Source: Gemmatimonadaceae bacterium (GTDB taxonomy: Bacteria > Gemmatimonadota > Gemmatimonadetes > Gemmatimonadales > Gemmatimonadaceae). From it: DNA of 64,000 bases. Position numbers and translations under genes: made by a program. The stretch covers positions 38,767 through 102,766 of the forward strand of contig JBHYGA010000009.1 in assembly GCA_051859245.1 (NCBI GenBank). The letters run 5' to 3'. The notes beneath the pieces are model-generated. The model was not told the DNA's origin. It ran no database searches and saw nothing but the letters and a program-made list of their open reading frames with translations. The first letter of the stretch is position 1; each line of letters begins with the position of its first letter. Positions 31,891 to 40,947 of the stretch are shown here, one piece after another.

Positions 31891-33993
31891 ATGTTGAACG
31901 TTTGTGCGCCACTAATTCTTGCGGCTTCTGTAGCCGTTGCTCTGATCCCGACGCACGCGTCGGCCCAGGGTCGCGCCATGACGTTCGACGATTTTGCGGC
32001 CATGCGGATCGTATCAGATCCGCATGTGTCGCCCGATGGCCGTTTGATCACGTACACGGTGCGCACCACAAGCGTGGCCGCAAACCGACGCAGCGCTCGC
32101 ACGTTTATTGTGCCGGCAGATGGCAGCGTGCCGCCGCGCGTGTTTCCCGACGACACAACTCCCGCGGCCGAAGCGCGCTTCAGCCCCGACGGGCGTCGCG
32201 TTGCGTACGTCCATCTCGGGCAGTTGTGGGTGAGCAATATTGACGGCAGCGGGCGACGCGCACTCACGCGTTTGTGGGGTGGCGCGTCGGGTCCCAAGTG
32301 GGCGCCTGGCGGCGATCGCATTGCCTTTACCTCACGCGTGTATCCCGGGTGCACCACCGATGTGTGCAACGCTGATTCTGCATTGCGCATGGATCGTTCA
32401 GCGTCGCGCGTGCGAGTGTACGATCAGCTGCTCTATCGGCACTGGGATCGCTGGGATGATGGCACACGATCGCATTTGTTTGTGGTGGACCTCGCACGCG
32501 GCGAAGCACGCGATGTGGTGCCTCGCGTAGAGATGCATGTGCCGCCCATGCCGTTTGGTGGTACGGAATCGTACGACTGGTCGCACGACGGACAGGAACT
32601 GGCGTTCGCGGCACGCGCGGAAACACCAGACGCGGCCTGGACCACCGACGTGAACGTGTACACGGTGAACGTGGTGGACGGTACACCAACCGTGATTACG
32701 GCCAACAACCGCGCGGCCGACAATCATCCGGTGTATTCGCGTGACGGGCGCTGGATTGCCTACGCCGCGCAACGCCGACCGGGATTTGAAGGTGATAAGG
32801 GGCGCGTGATGCTGTACGATCGCCGCACGCGCACCACGCGTGAGATTGCGCCCGGCTGGGATTATCACGCCGAACGCATGTACTTCACGCCCGACTTGCG
32901 TTCGTTGCTCGTGGAAACGCAGGACGAAGGGCGCACGGCGATCTGGCGTCTCACGATTAACGATGACGGTACGCTCGACGGCAGCCCCGAGCGCTTGGTG
33001 CGCACACACAACTCCACACAGTCGTCGCTGGCGTATCAGTTTGGTGCAGATGGCGCGATCACGATGGTGTGGGTGCGTGATGCCATGCATCGTCCGCCCG
33101 ATCTGTGGGTGGGACGTTATTCGGCAACGGGCGTCCGAAACACTCGGCAGCTCACACGCGAGAATGACGGGCTGCTATCGCAACTCGATTTGCGTCCCGC
33201 GCAGGATTTTGAGTTCACCGGTGCAGGCGACGCGCCGGTGCATGGTTTTGTGGTGCGTCCTCCGGCGTTTGACAGCACGCGTCGCTGGCCAATGATCATG
33301 CTGGTGCACGGCGGTCCACAGGGCGCGTGGCTTGATAGCTGGAATGCGCGTTGGAATGCCGCACTGTTTGCCGCCAACGGCATGGCTGTGGTCGCGCTCA
33401 ATCCGCGCGGCTCCACGGGATACGGTCAACGGTTTGTTGACGAAGTGTCGCGCGACTGGGGCGGCAAAGTGTACGTGGATCTGATGCGCGGCCTGGATAC
33501 GGCGCTGGCGCGGTATCCGTGGCTCGATTCATCGCGAGTTGGCGCAGCGGGCGGTTCGTTTGGTGGCTACATGACCAATTGGATGAATGGCAACACGCGC
33601 CGGTTTGCCGCGTTCGCATCGCACGCCGGCATTTTTAATCTCGAGCACATGGCGAGTACCACCGACGAACTGTGGTTTACGGAGTGGGAGTTTGGCGGCA
33701 CGTGGTGGAATCGCGTGGCGCGGCAGCAGGCGTTTGACAAATGGTCACCGCATGTGCTGGCCGGACGCATGCGCACACCAACGCTCGTGCTGCACGGCGA
33801 GCAGGATTTTCGCGTGCCATACACCGAGGGCACGGCACTTTTTACGGCGTTGCAGCGTCAGCGTGTGCCGAGCCGACTGGTGCTGTTCCCGGACGAGGGA
33901 CACTGGATTACGCGACCGGCCAATCAGCGTGTGTGGTGGGAAGAAATGAATCGCTGGTTCACACGATATCTCGGCGCACGCAACACGCAGTGA
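31891..33993 (+). CDS. S9 family serine peptidase with TolB-like beta-propeller
   Basis: Signal peptide, SPDGR repeats, HGGPQ, NPRGSTGYG, GGSFGG, D-FRVP, DEGH. Confidence 0.93.
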   Translation: MLNVCAPLILAASVAVALIPTHASAQGRAMTFDDFAAMRIVSDPHVSPDGRLITYTVRTTSVAANRRSARTFIVPADGSVPPRVFPDDTTPAAEARFSPDGRRVAYVHLGQLWVSNIDGSGRRALTRLWGGASGPKWAPGGDRIAFTSRVYPGCTTDVCNADSALRMDRSASRVRVYDQLLYRHWDRWDDGTRSHLFVVDLARGEARDVVPRVEMHVPPMPFGGTESYDWSHDGQELAFAARAETPDAAWTTDVNVYTVNVVDGTPTVITANNRAADNHPVYSRDGRWIAYAAQRRPGFEGDKGRVMLYDRRTRTTREIAPGWDYHAERMYFTPDLRSLLVETQDEGRTAIWRLTINDDGTLDGSPERLVRTHNSTQSSLAYQFGADGAITMVWVRDAMHRPPDLWVGRYSATGVRNTRQLTRENDGLLSQLDLRPAQDFEFTGAGDAPVHGFVVRPPAFDSTRRWPMIMLVHGGPQGAWLDSWNARWNAALFAANGMAVVALNPRGSTGYGQRFVDEVSRDWGGKVYVDLMRGLDTALARYPWLDSSRVGAAGGSFGGYMTNWMNGNTRRFAAFASHAGIFNLEHMASTTDELWFTEWEFGGTWWNRVARQQAFDKWSPHVLAGRMRTPTLVLHGEQDFRVPYTEGTALFTALQRQRVPSRLVLFPDEGHWITRPANQRVWWEEMNRWFTRYLGARNTQ

Positions 33994-34094
33994 GGCGACA
34001 GTGCGGGTTGGTGGGCGCAATTAGGAATCGCGGTCCGAACCGAACCAGACGGCAAAGTGTATAACCTGTTTGCCTGTGTTCCCGCGCACACACC

Positions 34095-34120
34095 GGAACT
34101 TCCGCGCACCGGGCAGTGTT
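34095..34120 (+). promoter_or_regulatory. Putative ECF-sigma promoter upstream of fasciclin 1
   Basis: GGAAC-N17-TGTT, with GGAAC 99 nt before the ATG. Confidence 0.45.
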
Positions 34121-34193
34121 CGATCGGCGGAGCAAGCAGGGGCTTGTTCAACACTGATTCTTTTTTCTGTCACCGGGTGGAGGAAGTTGTACT

Positions 34194-34682
34194 ATGCGTA
34201 AGCTTTCCATGGCACTTGCAGGCGCCGCGATGCTCGCGATCGCGACCCCGTCAGTTTCGCAGGCTCAGAGCCAGGACATCGTTGAAACAGCGGTTGCCGC
34301 TGGCTCATTCAAGACGCTCGCTACGGCGCTGACCGCCGCGGGTTTGATCGAGACGCTCAAGGGCCCGGGCCCGTTCACGGTGTTCGCGCCGACGGACGAA
34401 GCGTTTGCAAAGGTCCCCAAGGCCACGCTTGACGCGTTGCTCGCCGACAAGGACAAGCTCAAGGCTGTGCTGCTGTACCACGTTGTGCCGGGCAAGGTGA
34501 TGGCTGCTGACGCGATCAAGATGGACGGCAAGTCAGCCAAGATGGTGTCGGGCGCCGAAGCGAAGATCTCGGTGATGGGTGGCACGGTCATGGTGAACCA
34601 GGCGCATGTGACGAAGGCCGATATCGTGGCCAAGAACGGCGTGATTCACGTGATCGACGCGGTGATTCTGCCCCCGATGTAA
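34194..34682 (+). CDS. Fasciclin (FAS1) domain protein, secreted
   Basis: [54 protein letters not shown]. Confidence 0.95.
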   Translation: MRKLSMALAGAAMLAIATPSVSQAQSQDIVETAVAAGSFKTLATALTAAGLIETLKGPGPFTVFAPTDEAFAKVPKATLDALLADKDKLKAVLLYHVVPGKVMAADAIKMDGKSAKMVSGAEAKISVMGGTVMVNQAHVTKADIVAKNGVIHVIDAVILPPM

Positions 34683-34828
34683 TCTCGACGTTCGAGATTT
34701 GTTGGGAAGTTTGATCAAATCAGCCAGCCCTGAGCTGCGCTGACCGGTTGCACGAGAACGGGCGGGGAGTGACGTTGTACGGACTTCGGTTCGTCTCTGT
34801 CACTTCTCGCCCGCTTTCGCGTCCGGTC

Positions 34829-36583
34829 ATGTCCCTGTCTTCACACATCGTTTTCTTTTCGCGCAATTCCGCTCGTTCGGCTGCACGCGCCACCGCGACC
34901 ACCGCAGCGCGCGCGCTCGCACTCACCGCACTGCTGGCCGGTGCGCTGACCGCGCAAACGCGCCCCGCCACTCCGCCTGCTGATCTGATCGTCGTCAACG
35001 CGCGTGTTTACACGGCCGACGACGCGCGTCCACTCGCCGACGCCTTCGCCGTGCGCGATGGCAAAGTGGCGTTTGTTGGTTCCTCGCGCGAAGCGCGCAC
35101 GCTTGCCGGCACATCAACGCGCGTGGTGGATCTTGGCGGTCGTACGGTTATCCCCGGCATGGTCGACGCGCACGCGCATTACAGCGGACTCGCGCAGAAA
35201 CTGCGTCAGGTAGATCTGGTTGGCGTTACCAGTTACGACGAGCTGATTCGTCGCGTTGCGGAGCGTGCGGCTACGTTGCCCAAGGGCAGCTGGGTAGAAG
35301 GTCGCGGCTGGGATCAGAATCAGTGGGCCGACGGACAATGGCCCACGCACGACAAACTCTCGGCGGCCACACCGGATCATCCGGTGGTACTCGCACGTGT
35401 GGACGGACACGCTGTGCTCGTGAACGCCGCGGCCATGCGCGCGGCCAAGATCACGTCTGCAACGCGCGATCCAAGTGGCGGCCGTTTGCTACGCGGCGCG
35501 AACAACGAGCCCACGGGCGTGCTGATTGACAACGCGGAAAATCTGGTGAGCGGTGTGATTCCGCCGGTGAGTCGCGCGGAAACACGCAAACTGTTGCTCG
35601 ACGCACAGGCGGAAATGCACCGCGTTGGACTGACCGGTGTGCACGACGCGGGCGCCGGTCGCTCGATGATTGATCTGTATGAAGAGATCGCCAAAGCCGG
35701 CGAACTTGATCTGCGGTTATACGCCATGATCAGCGACGACTCGGCGGCGATTGCGCACTACTTCAACGTTGGTCCGCGTTCGTCGCTGTACAACGGACGC
35801 GTGTGGGTGCGCTCGATAAAACTCTACTCCGACGGCGCGCTCGGTTCGCGCGGCGCGGCGTTGCTGGAACCGTATAGCGATGAACCCACCACGAGCGGTT
35901 TGCTCGTGAGCCCACCGGCGCACATTCAGGATGTGGCCGAACGTGCGCTGCAGCGCGGCTTTCAGGTGAACAGCCACTCGATTGGTGATCGCGGCAATCG
36001 AGTGGTGCTCGACGCGTATGAAAAGGCACTCGACAAGTTTCCGCTCGCCGATCACCGCTTTCGCATTGAACACGCACAGATCATTCACTACTCCGACATT
36101 CCGCGCTTTGCGGAGCTGGGTGTGATTCCGAGCATGCAGGCCAGTCACCAGACGAGCGACATGTACTGGGCCGGCAAGCGTCTGGGACCAGAGCGACTGC
36201 TTGGTGCGTACGCGTGGCGTTCGCTGCTCAACACGGGCGTGATCATTCCCAACGGCAGCGACTTTCCGGTTGAGTTTGTGAACCCGCTGATTTCGTTTCA
36301 CGCCGCGATCGCGCGTCAGGACGCGAATGATTATCCGGTTGGTGGCTGGTATCCCGACCAGCGCATGACGCGCGAAGAAGCGCTCAAGAGCATGACGCTC
36401 TGGCCCGCGTACAGCGCGTTTCAGGAAAAGGAACTGGGCTCATTGACGGTGGGCAAGCACGCCGATTTTGTGGTGCTTGATCAGGACATCATGCGTGTAG
36501 CGCCGGAACTGGTGCTCAAAACACAAGTGATTTCCACGTGGGTTGCTGGCAAGTCCGTGTACGAACGTCGCGCCCAACCCTGA
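34829..36583 (+). CDS. Amidohydrolase 3 family (YtcJ-like), secreted
   Basis: PGMVDAHAH, GRGWDQN, RVDGHA, DGALGSRGA, HSIGDRG, RIEHAQ, GSDFPVE. Confidence 0.92.
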   Translation: MSLSSHIVFFSRNSARSAARATATTAARALALTALLAGALTAQTRPATPPADLIVVNARVYTADDARPLADAFAVRDGKVAFVGSSREARTLAGTSTRVVDLGGRTVIPGMVDAHAHYSGLAQKLRQVDLVGVTSYDELIRRVAERAATLPKGSWVEGRGWDQNQWADGQWPTHDKLSAATPDHPVVLARVDGHAVLVNAAAMRAAKITSATRDPSGGRLLRGANNEPTGVLIDNAENLVSGVIPPVSRAETRKLLLDAQAEMHRVGLTGVHDAGAGRSMIDLYEEIAKAGELDLRLYAMISDDSAAIAHYFNVGPRSSLYNGRVWVRSIKLYSDGALGSRGAALLEPYSDEPTTSGLLVSPPAHIQDVAERALQRGFQVNSHSIGDRGNRVVLDAYEKALDKFPLADHRFRIEHAQIIHYSDIPRFAELGVIPSMQASHQTSDMYWAGKRLGPERLLGAYAWRSLLNTGVIIPNGSDFPVEFVNPLISFHAAIARQDANDYPVGGWYPDQRMTREEALKSMTLWPAYSAFQEKELGSLTVGKHADFVVLDQDIMRVAPELVLKTQVISTWVAGKSVYERRAQP

Positions 36584-36588
36584 GGCCT

Positions 36589-37506
36589 ATGCGAGTTCTT
36601 TCCCTGCTCCCGGCCGCGAGTGAAATCGTGGCCTACCTCGGTGCCAGCGATCAACTCGTGGGCATCACACACGAATGTGATTTTCCGCCCGGCATCGGTT
36701 CGCGACCTCGTGTTACGAGTTCGTCGATCCCACAATCCGTCGCCCACTCGGCAGACGGTGCGAGTGCCGGCAAGATTGACGCGGCAGTTCGTGAAGCAAC
36801 TGAAGCCGGGATCTCGCTCTTCAAACTCGACAAGCGTCTCATTCGCGCGCTGCACGCGGATGTGATTCTCACACAGGCGCTGTGCGATGTGTGCGCGGTG
36901 AGTGAACATGATGTGCGCGCATTGGCGGCCACGATGGATCCGGTGCCACGCATTGTCACGCTGAGCGGCACCACGATTGATGGCATCATGCACGACATCG
37001 TGGCGGTGGCCAACGCACTTGGTGTGGCCGACGAAGCAGAAGAACTGCTGGCCGGCGACCGTGCGCGCATGCGCACGGTGCACGAAACACTCAAGGCGAA
37101 CGGTGCGCACCGGCCGCGTGTGCTCGTGATCGAGTGGACGGACCCGGTGTATCTCGCGGGACACTGGGCGCCGGAACAGGTGCGCAAAGCAGGCGGACAC
37201 GATGCACTCGGCGTTGCAGGCGCGCACTCCACAGTGGTTCCGCTCTCGGAGTGCGAGCGCGCGGAGCCCGAGATCGTGATTGTGGCACCGTGTGGATTTG
37301 GGCTGGACGCGGCGCGTGTTGAAGCCGAGCGCCTGCTGCACGAATGGCCGTGGCTGACGGGACGTCAGGTGTGGGCGATGGACGCGAACGGGCTGATCAG
37401 TCGCCCCGGTCCTCGTGTGGTGGACGGCATCGAGGCCATGTCGCGCATTTTCAATCCGGGTCTTTTCTCCGCCATCGATCCTCGTCACGCTGTTCGCGTG
37501 CTCTAG
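36589..37506 (+). CDS. Cobalamin/iron-siderophore-type ABC substrate-binding protein (BtuF-like)
   Basis: MRVLSLLPAASEIV, GITHECDFP, TQALCDVCAV, EWTDP..AGHW, PCGF, SRPGPR. Confidence 0.85.
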   Translation: MRVLSLLPAASEIVAYLGASDQLVGITHECDFPPGIGSRPRVTSSSIPQSVAHSADGASAGKIDAAVREATEAGISLFKLDKRLIRALHADVILTQALCDVCAVSEHDVRALAATMDPVPRIVTLSGTTIDGIMHDIVAVANALGVADEAEELLAGDRARMRTVHETLKANGAHRPRVLVIEWTDPVYLAGHWAPEQVRKAGGHDALGVAGAHSTVVPLSECERAEPEIVIVAPCGFGLDAARVEAERLLHEWPWLTGRQVWAMDANGLISRPGPRVVDGIEAMSRIFNPGLFSAIDPRHAVRVL

Positions 37507-37549
37507 GCGTTGGGGGTGTGGACGGGGCCGCGCGCGTTCGGCCAGGTGC

Positions 37550-37684
37550 GGTGTGGGTGGGCGCCCGGGCTCCCCGCCACCCAGCGCGCAGACGTTCGGC
37601 CGGGCGCGCCGGGAGCGGGCGGGGCCCACCCGGCGCTGGCCGCCCGATAGCGCGCTGGGTGGGGGGAGACCGGGCGCCCACACC
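37550..37684 (+). repeat. Long GC-rich hairpin repeat, copy 1 (conserved core 37585-37654)
   Basis: Arms GTGGGCGCCCGG (37557-68) / CCGGGCGCCCAC (37670-81) and CCACCCAGCGCGC / GCGCGCTGGGTGG enclose the core CGCGCAGACGTTCGGCCGGGCGCGCCGGGAGCGGGC...CCGGCGCTGGCCGCCCGATAGCGCG. Confidence 0.9.
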
Positions 37685-37911
37685 GGCGCTGCGACGGTGC
37701 GGGGAGGGGGAGGCCGGCCCACACCCGCCCCGAGGCGCCAGGGAGCGGGGTGTGTGGCGAGGATCGCTGGCGGGCGCAGCCCCGGTCTCACCGCGGGCTG
37801 GGTGCGGGTGCACGCGCAGTTCAGGCCGCTGATGAAGTGGGTGTCTGTGCGCACGCCCCCGGTGCCAGCTGCGGGGTGGCGCCGGGCCGGCGGTTCCCTC
37901 GCTCCCGCCGC

Positions 37912-38054
37912 GGCGTCGGTGGCCGGCCCCCCGGGGTCGCCTCGGCGCGCTATCGGGCGGCCAGCGCCGGGCGGGCGCCAGCCCGCTCCCGGCGCGCCCG
38001 GCCGAACGTCTGCGCGAGGGGGTGACCCTGGGGGGCCGGCCCCACACCAAACCC
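37912..38054 (-). repeat. Long hairpin repeat, copy 2 (core 37946-38016, inverted relative to copy 1)
   Basis: Reverse complement of the core. Arms GCCGGCCCCCC / GGGGGGCCGGC. The 143 bp are identical to 38159-38301. Confidence 0.92.
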
Positions 38055-38158
38055 TACGCGCGACAGCAGTTCAGGCCGCGGGTGAAGTCGGTGGCTGCGA
38101 GTATCTCCCCGCGATGACCGCGGTGCGCCGCCGGCCGTAACGCCCTGCTCCCGCCCGG

Positions 38159-38301
38159 GGCGTCGGTGGCCGGCCCCCCGGGGTCGCCTCGGCGCGCTAT
38201 CGGGCGGCCAGCGCCGGGCGGGCGCCAGCCCGCTCCCGGCGCGCCCGGCCGAACGTCTGCGCGAGGGGGTGACCCTGGGGGGCCGGCCCCACACCAAACC
38301 C
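38159..38301 (-). repeat. Long hairpin repeat, copy 3 (core 38193-38263)
   Basis: Exact direct repeat of 37912-38054, offset 247 bp. Confidence 0.92.
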
Positions 38302-38351
38302 GCCGACGCGACAAAGGACCGCTGGCCGCACCGATGTTATTTTGCAGAGAT

Positions 38352-39422
38352 ATGCTATCAGACACCTCGATCCAGTTTCTTGAGCGATTGCTCGACACGC
38401 CGGGCCCCTCCGGGTTCGAATCCGCCCCCGCCAAAGTGTGGCGCGACGAGGCCTCCACGTTTGCCAGCAGCGTGGCCTGCGATGTGATTGGCAACTCCAC
38501 CGCCGTGGTGCATGACGCCGGTGGCCCCACGATCATTCTGGCCGGGCACATCGATGAGATCGGTGTGATCGTTACGTACATCGACGAAAACGGCTTTGCG
38601 TACATCGAAGGCATTGGTGGTTGGGATCCGCAGGTGCTTGTCGCACAGCGTTTGCGCTTTCTCGGACGCCACGGCGATGTGCTCGGTGTGGTAGGCAAGA
38701 AGCCCATTCACCTCATGAAGCCTGATGAGCGTGAGAAGGCGTCCAAGATGACCGACCTCTGGGTCGACATTGGCGCGACCACGCGCGGTGAAGCGGAAGA
38801 GCGACTGTCGGTGGGCGATGCGGGCGTGATTGATCAGCGCGTGTTGCGCTTGCCGAACGATCGTATTGTGTCGCGCAGCATTGACGATCGCATTGGCGCG
38901 TTCGTGGTGCTCGAGGCCGCGCGTCGATACGCGGCGAATCCAGGGAGCGCACGCGTCGTGGCGATTGCGACCACGCAGGAAGAAATCGGCTACACGGGCG
39001 GTGGTGCGCGTGTGGCGAGTTATACGAGCGGTGCGAGTATGGCGATTGCGGTGGACGTGACCTTTGCCACGGACCATCCTGGCGCCAAGAAAGAAGAAGT
39101 GGGCTCGCACAAGATTGGCGGCGGACCCGTGCTGTCGCGCGGATCAGTGATTCATCCGCAGGTGTTCAGCATGTTGCGCGACAGTGCGGAGCGGCTTGGT
39201 ATGCCGTATTCAGTGCACGCCGCCGGTCGTTTTACGAGCACCGATGCCGACAACATGCAGCTGGCGCGTGGTGGTGTGGCCACGGGCCTTGTGTCCGTGC
39301 CCAATCGTTACATGCACTCGCCAAACGAACTGGTGAGTCTTGAAGATCTGGATCGCGCAGCAGATCTGCTCGCGGAAACGTGCCGACAGGTTACGGCAAG
39401 CACCGACTTCACGCAGCGCTAG
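38352..39422 (+). CDS. M42 family metallopeptidase
   Basis: PGPSGFE, AGHIDEIG, IGGWDP, WVDIGA, DDRIG, QEEIG, VDVT, TDAD, RYMHSP. Confidence 0.93.
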   Translation: MLSDTSIQFLERLLDTPGPSGFESAPAKVWRDEASTFASSVACDVIGNSTAVVHDAGGPTIILAGHIDEIGVIVTYIDENGFAYIEGIGGWDPQVLVAQRLRFLGRHGDVLGVVGKKPIHLMKPDEREKASKMTDLWVDIGATTRGEAEERLSVGDAGVIDQRVLRLPNDRIVSRSIDDRIGAFVVLEAARRYAANPGSARVVAIATTQEEIGYTGGGARVASYTSGASMAIAVDVTFATDHPGAKKEEVGSHKIGGGPVLSRGSVIHPQVFSMLRDSAERLGMPYSVHAAGRFTSTDADNMQLARGGVATGLVSVPNRYMHSPNELVSLEDLDRAADLLAETCRQVTASTDFTQR

Positions 39423-39440
39423 TACGCACACAATGAAAAC

Positions 39441-39475
39441 AAAAACGCGGCCCCGATCGTAGGGGCCGCGTTTTT
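39441..39475. terminator. Bidirectional rho-independent terminator
   Basis: AAAAACGCGGCCCC-gatcgta-GGGGCCGCGTTTTT between convergent genes. Confidence 0.88.
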
Positions 39476-40863
39476 CATTCAAACAGTTTTTGCACACCCG
39501 CACCGCGCGCCGCAACCAGCGCGGCGTACGCTGCTTCACGCATCCACGGTTCGGCTTCGCCCGATTCATTTTTCACCAGACGCAACAATCGTTGCACTGC
39601 GTCGGGGCTGCCGAGCATGCCGAGCACGGCGACAATTTCGAGCGTCACGTCTTCGTCGAGCTCCACGTCGAGCGCATTCAGCAGTGCCGTGGTTGACGGT
39701 TTACCTTGACTGCGCGCGCCGTGCGCGGCCGCGGCAAGTCGGCGCAGCTCAGCGACTTCGTCGACCAGTCTTCCCTGCAGCGCAATGAGCGCGCGCTCAC
39801 TGCCCAGGCGCATCAGGGCGCGCGCGCCGGCAATGCGAATGCGCTCGTCCTCGTTGGTGAGCAGCGGAATGAGATGCACGTCGGCCTCCACCACGCCCAT
39901 TTCACCGAGCAGCGATGCGGCATTGCGCACCACGAACCAGCGGTGATCCTGCAGCGCTTCGCGCAGCGCCTCCTCGCCCGCATCGAGTGCGACAATAGCG
40001 TCAAAACAAATACGGCGTTCGGCAATCGTATCGGCGTCTTGCAGCAGCTGCACGAGCGTGTGGACCGAGAGATCACCAGCGCGTGCCAGCACGGGCATCA
40101 ACTCTTCGCGCGCGGTGGAATCGGGCAAGCGTTTCACGAGTGCAGCAATGGCCGACGGTGTGAGCAATCGTCGAATGCCGGTTTCGAGCGCCAGTCGCCC
40201 GCCACGCGCGCCTCGGCGGCGCGACTCGCTGACCAGACGAAGTGCCACGGCTTCGACCACAACCGGATCATCACGCCACGGCACCGTGGTCACCATGCGC
40301 AGCAGTTCGTTGACCACTGCGTGCGTGGCGATATCATCGCGGGCGCCGGCGAAACGATCGAGCACGGCACGCACCGAATCGGGGATCGGCGTCTCGTCGC
40401 TTACCACCGGTGACGAACCGGGTGTGATGCGCACGGACCACGAGCGCCACGTGCCGCTGTCGCCCCGCACCGTGGTGGGCGTGCTCAGCAATCGCGCGAG
40501 CTCCAGCAATTCTCCGGGCGCGGCCGAACGTCGCACATCCAGCACCATGGACCCGTGCGTGGCCAGGCCGTCGACCAATGCATCGAGCGCGTCATCACGC
40601 AGCGGCGAATCGGGCGGCAGCACGCGACCACCGAGATGCAGCTGGCCGTCGAGCAACTGCATTTCAAGCGATGTCACGCGGGCCGATGCCACGGCCGCAC
40701 GCAGCGCGCGACGCACCTGATCCCGTTGCGTGACCGCGGACTGATCGGCGTCATCGGCCCGCAGCTGCAACACGAGCGCGCCGAGTGCGCGCGCCAGCAG
40801 CAACGACGCCTCAAACATGCCGTCCGTCGACACGTTCGCGGCGCTATCCTTCTGCATATGCAC
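39475..40863 (-). CDS. HEAT repeat domain protein
   Basis: LQDHRWFVVRNAASLLGEMG, EDERIRIAGARAL, ELRRLAAAA helical repeats. Confidence 0.8.
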   Translation of the reverse strand: MHMQKDSAANVSTDGMFEASLLLARALGALVLQLRADDADQSAVTQRDQVRRALRAAVASARVTSLEMQLLDGQLHLGGRVLPPDSPLRDDALDALVDGLATHGSMVLDVRRSAAPGELLELARLLSTPTTVRGDSGTWRSWSVRITPGSSPVVSDETPIPDSVRAVLDRFAGARDDIATHAVVNELLRMVTTVPWRDDPVVVEAVALRLVSESRRRGARGGRLALETGIRRLLTPSAIAALVKRLPDSTAREELMPVLARAGDLSVHTLVQLLQDADTIAERRICFDAIVALDAGEEALREALQDHRWFVVRNAASLLGEMGVVEADVHLIPLLTNEDERIRIAGARALMRLGSERALIALQGRLVDEVAELRRLAAAAHGARSQGKPSTTALLNALDVELDEDVTLEIVAVLGMLGSPDAVQRLLRLVKNESGEAEPWMREAAYAALVAARGAGVQKLFE

Positions 40864-40947
40864 TCGACACCGGTGAGATGGTCATGGTGACACCCAACTT
40901 ACTGCCCGCCACAAGCGGCGGTACCCGCCCGCGCCGGTGATCGCCGA

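Noticed and set aside
37829..37850. CTGATGA as a hammerhead ribozyme core
   Set aside because: No GAAA partner or stem II, and the motif is not conserved in the sister unit at 38066
37550..38301. Repeats as a CRISPR array, integron attC sites or group II intron ends
   Set aside because: Units are too long and mixed in orientation, with no cas or intI. There are no paired RYYYAAC/GTTRRRY ends and no domain-V motif.
37344..38351. Long Gly/Pro/Arg/Ala-rich ORFs across the repeat region, including the N-extension of ORF 38166..39422
   Set aside because: Stop-poor GC-rich repeats open several frames on both strands, and no protein motifs are present
39396..39422. 12-bp inverted match (CACCGACTTCAC) between the M42 3' end and the repeat leader near 38082-38093
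   Set aside because: Short, lies in coding sequence (TDFT), and is compatible with chance
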